Part shown: piece after piece, positions 45,883 through 55,284 of the stretch | Layout of the letters: the number at the start of each line of letters is the position of its first letter | Position numbering within the stretch: the stretch's first letter is position 1 | NCBI GenBank assembly: GCA_963753595.1 | Contig: CAVWCX010000007.1 | Span: forward strand, 96,001-160,000 | DNA length: 64,000 nt | From: Candidatus Methanoperedenaceae archaeon | GTDB lineage: Archaea > Halobacteriota > Methanosarcinia > Methanosarcinales > Methanoperedenaceae | Direction of reading: 5' to 3' | The notes under the pieces: generated by a model | What the model was told of the DNA's origin: nothing | Databases searched by the model: none | Seen by the model: only the letters and a program-made list of their open reading frames with translations | Program-made: the position numbers and the translations under genes

Positions 45883-46635
45883 TTACTTCTTGAGCGATTT
45901 TCCTACTTTTATGCCCTTATCGGAAAATTCAATGGCTCGCAGCTCACAGTCATGTTTTGTCCCGCGCATTTTAATGATCTGTAAAGCACGGACCATACTT
46001 CCCTGCTTGTCCATGAAATTATGCAGGAATATCACACCATGGGATGCAAATTGTTCAATAGTATAAGCATCTGGTTTTGTAAGTTCGGATAGAAGGATCG
46101 TTGTACACCCCAGGGTTTTCAGATTGCGGATGAACCTGCTAATTGAACGCTCTTCCGATGCCGGATCCCTTGACGCGAACCTGATCGAAGACAAAGAGTC
46201 GATCACCAGTCTCTTAATGCCGAACTTTTTGACATGATTTTCCACTTCTTTAAATACGGAAAATGGAGTAGGTGGTTGATTCACAAGGTTCTCACCTGAT
46301 TGCTGGACATAATCCGGAGCAATAAGATTTGACATCTCATCATATTCCCCATAATTTATCGTAGGACCCAGATCTATAAAGAACAATTTTTTCTTCTTGA
46401 TCAGATCATCGATATGCAGGTCATATCGAGACATATCCTCTATAAAGATCCCGACACTCTCTGATAATGCAACGTATGCCCCTATCTCGCCTTCAAGGGC
46501 TCCGGCTGCAAGAAACTGGACGCCAAAAGTACTCTTTCCACTTCCCGGTGTGCCGCTCAATAAATACTGCCTTCCCTGCGGAAATCCTCCTTCAACCAGC
46601 GTATCAAATCCTTCAATCCCTGATTTTATTCTCAA
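45883..46635 (-). CDS. KaiC/RAD55-family single-domain ATPase
   Basis: SGIEGFD.LV.GG.P, GTPGSGKS, RLVIDSL, IIKMRGT.H. Confidence 0.92.
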   Translation of the reverse strand: MRIKSGIEGFDTLVEGGFPQGRQYLLSGTPGSGKSTFGVQFLAAGALEGEIGAYVALSESVGIFIEDMSRYDLHIDDLIKKKKLFFIDLGPTINYGEYDEMSNLIAPDYVQQSGENLVNQPPTPFSVFKEVENHVKKFGIKRLVIDSLSSIRFASRDPASEERSISRFIRNLKTLGCTTILLSELTKPDAYTIEQFASHGVIFLHNFMDKQGSMVRALQIIKMRGTKHDCELRAIEFSDKGIKVGKSLKK

Positions 46636-46724
46636 TACCTACACCTCATAATCGTTGTTATAGTGTAATATTTTTTGAGTATATAAAAGCATTGATAAAT
46701 GCGTACCTGAAATCACAACACGTT

Positions 46725-48158
46725 TTATTCCAGCCCCATATGTCCCAGAAGATGGTGATAATGTTCGGGAGGAACCAATGAATAAAAAGCTTTCTGGACA
46801 ACCTCGCTTATTGCAGGATGGATATGCATTCCCTGGATTACAGGTTCTGGATTTTCTTCTTTTGTATACATGAGGTTCACAACTTCCTGGATAAGGATAG
46901 ATGCATATGGGCCTATGATATGGGCGCCTAATATCCTCTCTGTGCTTTTTTCAAATATGATCTTCACAAAATAATCTTTTAAGTCCATCGCCTGGCCTTT
47001 TGCCGTATCTTCATATTTATGGAAACCGATCAACAGGTTTGCATGTCCGTATTTTTCCAGGGCTTCTTTTTCCCCCATTCCAACGCTTGCCATCTCAGGA
47101 TATGAAAAAACAGCATAAGGGACTGCGTGATAATCAACTTTTATCTTCTTTTTCATGACCGCATTATAGAAAACGACCCTTGATTCATAATTTGCCACAT
47201 GCTTGAAGAGATATTTTCCATTGGAATCCCCGAAAGCCCAGACACCGGGTTGGTTTGTCTCAAGATATTCATTTACAACGATCCATCCTTTTGCATCTGT
47301 ATTTATTCCTCCTTTCTCAGGATGCAGGATGTCATGAGTGGGCCCCCGTCCTGAGGCAACCAGGATCTCATCAACGATAATATCAACTTTTTCCCCTTCA
47401 CCCCGGGCAATGACTTTTTTCTTCCCATCTGCTGTTGTTTGCACTTCCTCGACTTCATGACCTGTGATGATATCCATGAATCCGGACATGTCTCTTTTTG
47501 CCAGCCTTGAAATCTCAGGCTCTTCTTCAGGGATGAACTGCCTGTTCCTTCCGATAATAGTTACCTTAGAACCCATTGAGGAGAAAAAATGGCCATACTC
47601 TGCTGCTATATATCCACCCCCAATTATGGCAATGCTTGCCGGGAGTTTTGTCATTTCCAGAACAGTATCACTTGTGAGATAACCTGCTTCCTCCAGCCCC
47701 TTTACTTTCGGTATTGTTGTTTTTGAGCCGGTACACAGAAATATCATTTTTGAAGTAATGAGTGTGCCGCCAACTTTCATAGTATATGGTGATACGAAAT
47801 CTGCAATATCGTGATAATAATCAACATTCGGGTCACTGGAAAGTCCTTCACGTATCGATCCAATGTCTTCTGATATAATTGACCTCATTATATCCATAAT
47901 GTAATTGAAATCAACAATTTTCATTTCAACATCTATGCCGAATTTCCGGGCTGTTCCTATTGTCCTTATAAGTTCAGCAGGGTATAGCAGGAGTTTGGAA
48001 GGTATGCATCCGCGGGTAAGGCATATTCCTCCCGGCTCATCTTTATCTATTACGGCGATTTTAAAACCAGGATTCTTTTCAAGGATTGAGCCAACATAGT
48101 TCATTCCCGAACCTGTTCCGATCACGATCAGGTCATACTTTTTTATATCATTATTCAA
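46725..48158 (-). CDS. dihydrolipoamide dehydrogenase-family flavoprotein disulfide reductase
   Basis: GTGSG, GGICLTRGCIPSK, GGGYIAAE, HIHPAISE. Confidence 0.88.
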   Translation of the reverse strand: MNNDIKKYDLIVIGTGSGMNYVGSILEKNPGFKIAVIDKDEPGGICLTRGCIPSKLLLYPAELIRTIGTARKFGIDVEMKIVDFNYIMDIMRSIISEDIGSIREGLSSDPNVDYYHDIADFVSPYTMKVGGTLITSKMIFLCTGSKTTIPKVKGLEEAGYLTSDTVLEMTKLPASIAIIGGGYIAAEYGHFFSSMGSKVTIIGRNRQFIPEEEPEISRLAKRDMSGFMDIITGHEVEEVQTTADGKKKVIARGEGEKVDIIVDEILVASGRGPTHDILHPEKGGINTDAKGWIVVNEYLETNQPGVWAFGDSNGKYLFKHVANYESRVVFYNAVMKKKIKVDYHAVPYAVFSYPEMASVGMGEKEALEKYGHANLLIGFHKYEDTAKGQAMDLKDYFVKIIFEKSTERILGAHIIGPYASILIQEVVNLMYTKEENPEPVIQGMHIHPAISEVVQKAFYSLVPPEHYHHLLGHMGLE

Positions 48159-48295
48159 TAAAATTCCCCGTTAATAAAAAGTATTCACTTATTCATTTAA
48201 ATCCTTTTTCTAATGGTCAAAATGTTTTTTAATAGTCATAACCTAATAGTCATAATGGAATATGATTAATATCAGTCCGATCATTTCAGGAAGCA

Positions 48296-48595
48296 ATGAA
48301 AGATGCCATCAAAATCACCCGGGATGGGGTGATCCTTGATCTTGAAATAACAGCAGGAGCAAAAGAAACTGCGATCCAGGGTTATAATCCATGGCGAAAG
48401 CGTATTGAAGTAAGGATCGCCCAAAGGGCTCAAAAAGGAAAAGCCAACGGAGAACTTATTTCATTTTTATCAGTATTATTTAATATTAATTCTAAGAACA
48501 TAGAAATAGTATCCGGCCTGGCAAGCAGTAAGAAATCAGTAATGATCTTCCAGGGGAACCAAGAAGAGATCTTAGAAATCCTGAGTTCGAAATGA
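48296..48595 (+). CDS. DUF167/UPF0235 protein
   Basis: GKANGELI.FL, IVSG..S.KK. Confidence 0.85.
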   Translation: MKDAIKITRDGVILDLEITAGAKETAIQGYNPWRKRIEVRIAQRAQKGKANGELISFLSVLFNINSKNIEIVSGLASSKKSVMIFQGNQEEILEILSSK

Positions 48596-49017
48596 TGCAA
48601 AGTGATCTTGAAGATATAGAACGTCTTGAAAAACTCGAAGAGATTATTCTGGAACTGAAGGAACTCGTAAAGGCAGGGGCAATTATCATTGTCGAAGGCA
48701 GGAAGGATGAAGGTTCTTTGCGATATCTTGGCATTAATGGTAATATCCAGTTTGCTTCACAGCAGCCATTGCTTGATCTTACGGATTCGCTCTCAAAGAC
48801 CGGAAAAGAAATCGTGATATTGACCGACTGGGATAAAAAAGGAAGCCTTGTTGCACGCAAAATAATTAAACATCTCTCTGCTTATGGTATTGTGCCCAAT
48901 ACCAAAATCCGGTTAAAGTTAAGATCCCTTTCAAAAAAAAGAATAAAAGACGTGGAAAGTCTCAATAATTATGTTACTAAATTGAGATATGAAATTCATG
49001 GAATAATGAGATTTTAG
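48592..49017 (+). CDS. small Toprim-domain protein
   Basis: IIVEGRKD..SL..LG, ILTDWDKKG. Confidence 0.88.
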   Translation: MMQSDLEDIERLEKLEEIILELKELVKAGAIIIVEGRKDEGSLRYLGINGNIQFASQQPLLDLTDSLSKTGKEIVILTDWDKKGSLVARKIIKHLSAYGIVPNTKIRLKLRSLSKKRIKDVESLNNYVTKLRYEIHGIMRF

Positions 49018-49108
49018 AAATGCGAGTCGAAAAAAGAAAAATTGAACCCACATTTATCCTGCCTAACCAGCAGATATAAGGGATAATGATCATTTTTAGA
49101 TTGAAATC

Positions 49109-50917
49109 ATGAAATCCCAACCCCCACTCCTTCCGATGTCACTACAGGAAGCCAAAAAACTTGGTATCCGTGATTTTGACATAATCCTTGTAACAGGCGA
49201 TGCTTATGTCGATCATCCTTCTTTTGGGACAGCATTGATCGGGCGCGTTCTCTGGGATGCAGGATTTACTGTTGGTATTATAACACAACCTGACTGGAAG
49301 AGCAATGATGATTTTAAAAAATTAGGAAAACCGCGATTATTCTTCGGTGTGAGTTCGGGAAATGTTGATTCCATGGTAAATAATTATACTGCGAACCTCA
49401 AAATCCGAAGTGATGATGTTTATTCACCTGGCGGACAGGGAGGACTGCGGCCAAACCGCGCATCAATTGTATATTCTGATAAGCTCCATTCAATTTTCCC
49501 TGGTACACCAATAATTCTTGGCGGGATTGAAGCAAGCCTGCGGCGCTTTGCCCATTATGATCACTGGTCAGATTCTGTACGCCAGTCCATCCTTGCTGAT
49601 GCGCCTGCTGATATGATCGTCTTCGGGATGGGAGAAAGACCAATTGTCGAGATCGCAAATCGTCTTTCAAAAGGCGAGAACATTAAAGAGATCATAGATT
49701 TAGCAGGAACAGCTATTAAAATGGAAATCAGCAAATGGCGCTCAATCAGTCATGAGGGCTATGTAGAAATCCCCGGATTTCCTGAAGTTTCACGCGATAA
49801 AGAGCTTTATGCTAATGCATTTAATCTTCATTACAACGAGCAAGACCCGGTCAGGGGAAGATCTGTGGTGCAACCGCACCCGAAAACCACAATAATCCAG
49901 AATAAACCCGCAATGCCGTTGAGTACACAGGAACTTGACCATGTATATGAACTTCCATTTTCAAGAAAAGCGCATCCCTCGTATAATAAGCCCATACCAG
50001 CACTTGCCCCTGTCAAATTTTCGGTCGTGAGCCACCGTGGATGCTTTGCATCATGCTCCTTTTGCGCCCTTACGCATCACCAGGGCAGGATAATCCAGAG
50101 CAGGAGCATAGAATCGATCGTTCGGGAAGTAAAAAGAATGGCGAAGATGCCTGATTTTAAGGGCATCGTGCAGGATGTGGGGGGGCCAACGGCAAATATG
50201 TATTCGATGCATTGCAAGCGGTGGGAGGCACAGGGCGCGTGTCCCGATAAAATTTGTATGGATTGCAAAAGTCTTGATGCAAGCCATAAGGGCCAGGTTG
50301 AACTCCTCAGACGACTCCTCGAAATAGAAGGCGTCAAAAAAGTATTCATAGGTTCGGGGATACGCTATGACCTGGCGCTTAAAGATACATCCGGGTATCT
50401 TTCCCGGCTATGCGAGCATCATGTGAGCGGCCACCTCAAAGTGGCGCCTGAACACATAATAAAACATGTCACGGATATTATGCATAAACCTGGAAAAGAA
50501 GAGTTCGAGGAGTTCAGGAAACGATTTGATGCAGAAAATAAAAGGCTGGGGAAACGGCAATATATTCTTCCATATTTCATGTCAGGGCATCCCGGATGCA
50601 CAGTGGAGGACATGGTCGAGCTTGCCGAATATATCCGCGATAACAATCTTTACACGGAACAGGTACAGGATTTCACGCCCACGCCCATGACAGCTTCAAC
50701 GTGTATGTATTACACAGGCATCGATCCAGCCACCATGGAAAAAGTGCATGTGGCAAAAGGACGGGAAAAAAGGATACAAAGGGCGCTTTTGCAGTACAGG
50801 GATGAAAGGAATTACGGGTTTGTGGCTGAGGGACTGAAGATAGCTGGAAGGGAAGACCTGATAGGGAGTGAGAGGAAGTGCCTGATAAAGAGGGGAAGAG
50901 AAAATAGAAGGATCTAA
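49109..50917 (+). CDS. YgiQ-family radical SAM protein
   Basis: GDAYVDHPSFG, GGIEASLRR.AHYD, HRGCFASCSFC, HVSGHLKVAPEH, QVQDFTPTP. Confidence 0.93.
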   Translation: MKSQPPLLPMSLQEAKKLGIRDFDIILVTGDAYVDHPSFGTALIGRVLWDAGFTVGIITQPDWKSNDDFKKLGKPRLFFGVSSGNVDSMVNNYTANLKIRSDDVYSPGGQGGLRPNRASIVYSDKLHSIFPGTPIILGGIEASLRRFAHYDHWSDSVRQSILADAPADMIVFGMGERPIVEIANRLSKGENIKEIIDLAGTAIKMEISKWRSISHEGYVEIPGFPEVSRDKELYANAFNLHYNEQDPVRGRSVVQPHPKTTIIQNKPAMPLSTQELDHVYELPFSRKAHPSYNKPIPALAPVKFSVVSHRGCFASCSFCALTHHQGRIIQSRSIESIVREVKRMAKMPDFKGIVQDVGGPTANMYSMHCKRWEAQGACPDKICMDCKSLDASHKGQVELLRRLLEIEGVKKVFIGSGIRYDLALKDTSGYLSRLCEHHVSGHLKVAPEHIIKHVTDIMHKPGKEEFEEFRKRFDAENKRLGKRQYILPYFMSGHPGCTVEDMVELAEYIRDNNLYTEQVQDFTPTPMTASTCMYYTGIDPATMEKVHVAKGREKRIQRALLQYRDERNYGFVAEGLKIAGREDLIGSERKCLIKRGRENRRI

Positions 50918-51012
50918 ATGATATTTTCAGTATCGATGGGGGGATTTTCGTACTATCGCAGTAAACTATTTATAATAGTTGCAATCCTATATAAATAATA
51001 AGAGGTGTAATT

Positions 51013-51174
51013 ATGGAATTCAATGAAAAAACCGTTGGTTACATATTGTATGCAGTAGGAATTGTTGGCGGCGTGGAAGGAGCTACTAATGCGCGTCCGG
51101 GATTAAGCCTTGTGATAAGTATTGTATCCATGGTTGTTATCATAATCGGCAGCTATCTATTAGCGAAGAAATAA
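51013..51174 (+). CDS. 53-aa two-helix membrane protein, copy 1
   Basis: MEFNEKTVGYILYAVGIVGGVEGATNARPGLSLVISIVSMVVIIIGSYLLAKK; GAGGTG RBS. Confidence 0.7.
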   Translation: MEFNEKTVGYILYAVGIVGGVEGATNARPGLSLVISIVSMVVIIIGSYLLAKK

Positions 51175-51255
51175 TACTTTTTTTAATCTTTTGATCTTTT
51201 TTCAGGCATAGGGGAATGTGAATAACAGAACATTTAGCAAAGGAATTCGTGGTTC

Positions 51256-51387
51256 TTATTTTTTCATCATCTTCTTAAATTCATCCACAGATAATCCAGC
51301 ATCAGCCAATATACTTTTAACAACTTTTGGATGCAGGATTTTTCCGCTATGATAAGCAATAGTTACTCTTGGTAGCTTTTCGCTCAT
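51256..51387 (-). pseudogene. hicA: HicA toxin with an internal in-frame deletion
   Basis: MSEKLPRVT|IAYHSGKILHPKVVKSILADAGLSVDEF: HicA termini are present but the central GSH segment is missing; overlaps the hicB stop. Confidence 0.75.
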
Positions 51388-51608
51388 GCTGTCACTTCAA
51401 GGGCAACAAGACTGAAAGAGTTAATCTTTTCAATTACCTCCCCGCTTTCGAGAATATCTTCTATGTGCAGGCGGATAGCGTCTTTTATATTTTCGAGGGC
51501 TTCCTCATAAGTATCCCCCTGAGAGTAACAGCCCTGCAAAGCCGGGCACATTGCAAAATAGCCATCATCGTCTTTTTCTATTACAACAGGGAGGGTATAT
51601 TTTTCCAT
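51384..51608 (-). CDS. hicB: HicB-family antitoxin
   Basis: VVIEKDDDGYFAMCPALQGCYSQGDTYEEALENIKDAI. Confidence 0.92.
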   Translation of the reverse strand: MEKYTLPVVIEKDDDGYFAMCPALQGCYSQGDTYEEALENIKDAIRLHIEDILESGEVIEKINSFSLVALEVTA

Positions 51609-51713
51609 AGATAGATTCCTTTCAAATCTAATTGATTTGGAAAGTATTTAATGATTACATTTCCCACTTCTGTTAGTTTCATCAAGCATACTTTTCCAAT
51701 AAGAGGTGGAATT

Positions 51714-51875
51714 ATGGAATTCAATGAAAAAACCGTTGGTTACATATTGTATGCAGTAGGAATTGTTGGCGGCGTGGAAGGAGCTACTAATGCGCGTCCG
51801 GGATCAAGCCTTGTGATAAGTATTGTATCCATTGTCGTTATCATAATCGGCAGCTATCTATTAGCGAAGAAATAA
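51714..51875 (+). CDS. 53-aa two-helix membrane protein, copy 2
   Basis: Differs from copy 1 by two substitutions (L to S, M to I). Confidence 0.7.
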   Translation: MEFNEKTVGYILYAVGIVGGVEGATNARPGSSLVISIVSIVVIIIGSYLLAKK

Positions 51876-52406
51876 TACTTTTTTTAATATTTTGATCTTT
51901 TTTCAGGCATCGGGGAATGTGAATAACAGAACATTTAGCAAAGGAATATTCGTCACTACCTAGGACTCCGCTTCGCTAAAGTCCAAGGCATCAACTTGGT
52001 GCATGAAGTTTTTTATCTTCGATTGGTTGTTTTGGCCATTATCAAAGGGGGGCACAGAACAGGCATATGTGTAATCGCTCTTATGTGCTTCTTTTGTCAT
52101 GAATCGTTGTGTATATAAGGTCGGTAAATTGCGTATGAAATCAATGAGTTTGGCATTTTTGTTCTTACATCTGGTATACAAGTTATTCATGCTCATGAAA
52201 TAGACAAATAAATAGTTACTGGTTTCTTTGGATTTATGTGACATAATTACTCACATACCCTGACAAAAACATAAGTTATATATACAATGTGGATAAACAA
52301 TTTATCAGTGTGGTGAAATAATTGTTCTTTTTTTTCAAGAGTAAAAGTATCTTGAAAAAAAATAAAAAGAACATTTTTCAAATGAAGATTGGAGGTTAGA
52401 AGCGAT

Positions 52407-55283
52407 ATGAAAGAAGATACCGAGATAACAAGAAGAAGAAAAACTAATGATTATATAGTTTATGGACGAGTTACATATTCCGAGTCAGGCCAGCCGGCAG
52501 TTGGCGTGCATGTCACTGCAATGGATGCCGACCTGCTATTTGACGACAAGCTTGGCGTAGCCACAACGGATGATGATGGCCGGTTCAATATAACCTATGG
52601 AGTTGATAAATTCCGCGATCTTTTCGAGCGTGCGCCTGATATCTATTTATTTATTCACGATGAGCACGGTTGCCTATTGACAACTACGAGAGATTCGGTT
52701 ATCTGCGATGCAGGGGCCACACAAGAAATCCTTGTGCAATTGCTTGGGGCTGGTCCCGAAAAAAAGCCGCCGACCACAGAAGTAGGCAGCATTCTGGTTA
52801 ACCGTCGTGCTTTCGAACGGTTGGAGCCACAAATCGTACTAGGAATAGCTGACTTTGCGATCCAAGGTCGTGGCGACCCCAAAAAATTCACGAGGATTAT
52901 GAAGGAGTTAAGCCCAGAATTAACCCCCGAGCATCTCAATGCCCAGTTTTGCTTTACTCCTTTATTAAAATTTCTCCGTGATACTATCCAGATAAAAGGG
53001 TGGCCACGTGAAATTCGCTTGCGTCTTGAGGAGATATTGACTGGTTATGATCCGGAAGCAAGCTATGCTACATTTAGCTGCCCAAACTTCACAATAACCT
53101 ATCAAAATAGCGGAACTGACCAACCCCCCACGGCTGATACGGGTGGTAACATCACAATGCCGGGCACAGGAACAGTTGTTGGAACAACTACAGGGGGAAA
53201 TGGTGTTCCAGACTACATTGAAAAGCTTTGTTTCTGGATTGGAAATGCGCTCGCCCGCTACACTAATCCGCCATTCAGCCTAAGGAACCCCGCGGCGAGT
53301 GGGAATATTCCTGTAAATGTCACAGGTACAGCGGCGGGTTTTGCAGGCGGGGGATCGATGACCATTGGAAGGAATCTCAACGATGATCTGCTCGCGGCTG
53401 TTCCCACTCACGAACTGATGCACCTGATCCAAGAGCTGTATGAGGGAGCTGGCACTACAGGTGGCTGGAATCCGGGAATGACCGAAGGAGGGGCAGTGCT
53501 TGGAGAGGACGTTGTATTTGATACCCACAATCGCTACATTGTACAAGCTGGCACGTCAGGTTCATTAGCATTTCCGAACACGTCGATTAAAGATTCCAGT
53601 AAGCGATACGAGTTGGCGTTGTTCTTGAAGTACATCTCCGAGCAGCAATCTTCGAGGATCAACCCTGGTGATGAACCAGCAATTGGTGTGGAAACCTATA
53701 GGACACTCCTCGAGGGGTTTGACGCAAGTGGCTACACCGATGCTGCTTTCGCAACAGCAATTGGTCAATTGCCGTGGTATCAGGGTTTTTATGAGTTCAG
53801 CTACTTGGATCCAGCAAGGTTTGATGAGACCTCGTCAGAGACTCTTCTGGGCAATTTCTGGCTCGCATGCTACCTCAAGGACTTCGGTATCAACGTGCCA
53901 GATCGCCGATTTGACTTCATGGAGGACGAGGAGAATGCCACTTGGGACACAATATTCATGGGTGCAGATACAGTTAGCACATTGGGCACAGTGGCCCTAA
54001 CTTCTACTAACACGTTGAACAGTGGGGGCAGCCTCACTCTAAGTTCCGGAATTGGAGGAACGGTCGATCCTTTTGCAGCTCGCTTCTACAAAGTCAACAT
54101 AGCCGCAGGTGTAGATACACTGCGAGTGGACTTCACGAATAGTCCAGGCTTTTCTCGGCCTCTGGTGCAGATCGTATTAGTCGAGCCGGGCAACATCGTC
54201 CGTGACATTCTCAGATATGACAGAGCTACTTTATCACGTACAATTGCCAACGCCCGCGGCGGAACTAATTTGGATTACATCCTTATTGTTGTTGCCGGCA
54301 CTAACACTGGGGGCTTATTTACTCTGACGGCGAGAGATGTTCCACCTGCTCCAGATATCATGGTTACCCGCTGGCACCATGTTGCAGGCACTCACTATGA
54401 GATTGACTCTTTAGGGTGGGCTTGGACATGGATTTCGCCTGACATATGGGTAGACAATGATGGAAATGGTCTTGCAGATAGTGAGGTTTTCTTCAACCAG
54501 AACAATAAGTTGTTTATTCGTCTCCGCAATCAAGGCCATATCAGCGCCTCAGGCATAGGGGTCGACTTCTGGTATCAAGATGCTTCGGGGGGCTTGAGCG
54601 ACTCGGCATGGCTTCCTGTTCAGAATACTGCGGGAGCGACACAAGTATTAACTGGCTTGAGTTTAGCAGCGGAGGCAACAGACAAATGGTCTGTGGATTG
54701 GGCGCCTGTGCCGTCTGGGACGAGCAAACATTTCTGTATTAGAGCAGTCGTTACCGTGCCAGGAGATCCAAATACAGATAACAAACGATGCCTATCAAAC
54801 TTTGCTAATGTCCATGCTTATGGTCCATACATTGACCTTCCACTACTTCGCCGCCTGCCACGAAAATTCAGAGATTTCCGCATCGATGTTATTCCGCGAA
54901 CTTATGGTCGGCTTTTCGTCTCAACCAGTGATTTAGCTCATGCCGAAACAATCGACATCAAGCCAGGGCAGGAAGTTACCGATACATTCCGGATCCGTCG
55001 CCGAGCCGAGTTAATCCAACAGACCGGTCATGTTGATGCGACTACTGAATTTTTAGCTAAAAGGCCTTGCCCTAGCAGAGAAAAAAGTAGCCGGCGAGAG
55101 ATCAGGCCAGACCCATTTGGGCACTACCCAACAAATTCCCGAGCCCTGCCACCTGGTTTGGAAAATGTCCCGCTGGTCACTATTGCCCATGTCGTAGACG
55201 GGAGGCCTATAGGCGGCTTCACTTGGGCTATCCGTGAGGATGAAAAGATAACCAAGAAGAAAGGTAAACGTATGGGACAATAG
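52407..55283 (+). CDS. multidomain putative zinc metalloprotease
   Basis: N-terminal transthyretin/carboxypeptidase-regulatory-like fold (DADLLFDD.LG...TD..GRF.I...PDIY), HELMH with a downstream EGGA, C-terminal W.SPDIWV Ig-like domain; GGAGG upstream of ATG 52407. Confidence 0.75.
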   Translation: MKEDTEITRRRKTNDYIVYGRVTYSESGQPAVGVHVTAMDADLLFDDKLGVATTDDDGRFNITYGVDKFRDLFERAPDIYLFIHDEHGCLLTTTRDSVICDAGATQEILVQLLGAGPEKKPPTTEVGSILVNRRAFERLEPQIVLGIADFAIQGRGDPKKFTRIMKELSPELTPEHLNAQFCFTPLLKFLRDTIQIKGWPREIRLRLEEILTGYDPEASYATFSCPNFTITYQNSGTDQPPTADTGGNITMPGTGTVVGTTTGGNGVPDYIEKLCFWIGNALARYTNPPFSLRNPAASGNIPVNVTGTAAGFAGGGSMTIGRNLNDDLLAAVPTHELMHLIQELYEGAGTTGGWNPGMTEGGAVLGEDVVFDTHNRYIVQAGTSGSLAFPNTSIKDSSKRYELALFLKYISEQQSSRINPGDEPAIGVETYRTLLEGFDASGYTDAAFATAIGQLPWYQGFYEFSYLDPARFDETSSETLLGNFWLACYLKDFGINVPDRRFDFMEDEENATWDTIFMGADTVSTLGTVALTSTNTLNSGGSLTLSSGIGGTVDPFAARFYKVNIAAGVDTLRVDFTNSPGFSRPLVQIVLVEPGNIVRDILRYDRATLSRTIANARGGTNLDYILIVVAGTNTGGLFTLTARDVPPAPDIMVTRWHHVAGTHYEIDSLGWAWTWISPDIWVDNDGNGLADSEVFFNQNNKLFIRLRNQGHISASGIGVDFWYQDASGGLSDSAWLPVQNTAGATQVLTGLSLAAEATDKWSVDWAPVPSGTSKHFCIRAVVTVPGDPNTDNKRCLSNFANVHAYGPYIDLPLLRRLPRKFRDFRIDVIPRTYGRLFVSTSDLAHAETIDIKPGQEVTDTFRIRRRAELIQQTGHVDATTEFLAKRPCPSREKSSRREIRPDPFGHYPTNSRALPPGLENVPLVTIAHVVDGRPIGGFTWAIREDEKITKKKGKRMGQ

Positions 55284-55284
55284 G

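Larger units (their letters stand above)
50997..51947. repeat. two ~250-bp direct repeats (50997-51246 and 51698-51947) flanking a hicB-hicA locus
   Basis: Near-identical sequence at offset 701; each copy holds an RBS, a 53-aa ORF and a T-rich terminator. Confidence 0.93.

Noticed and set aside
51960-52244. 94-aa minus-strand ORF
   Set aside because: No motifs; lies in the upstream region of the peptidase cassette and cannot be supported.
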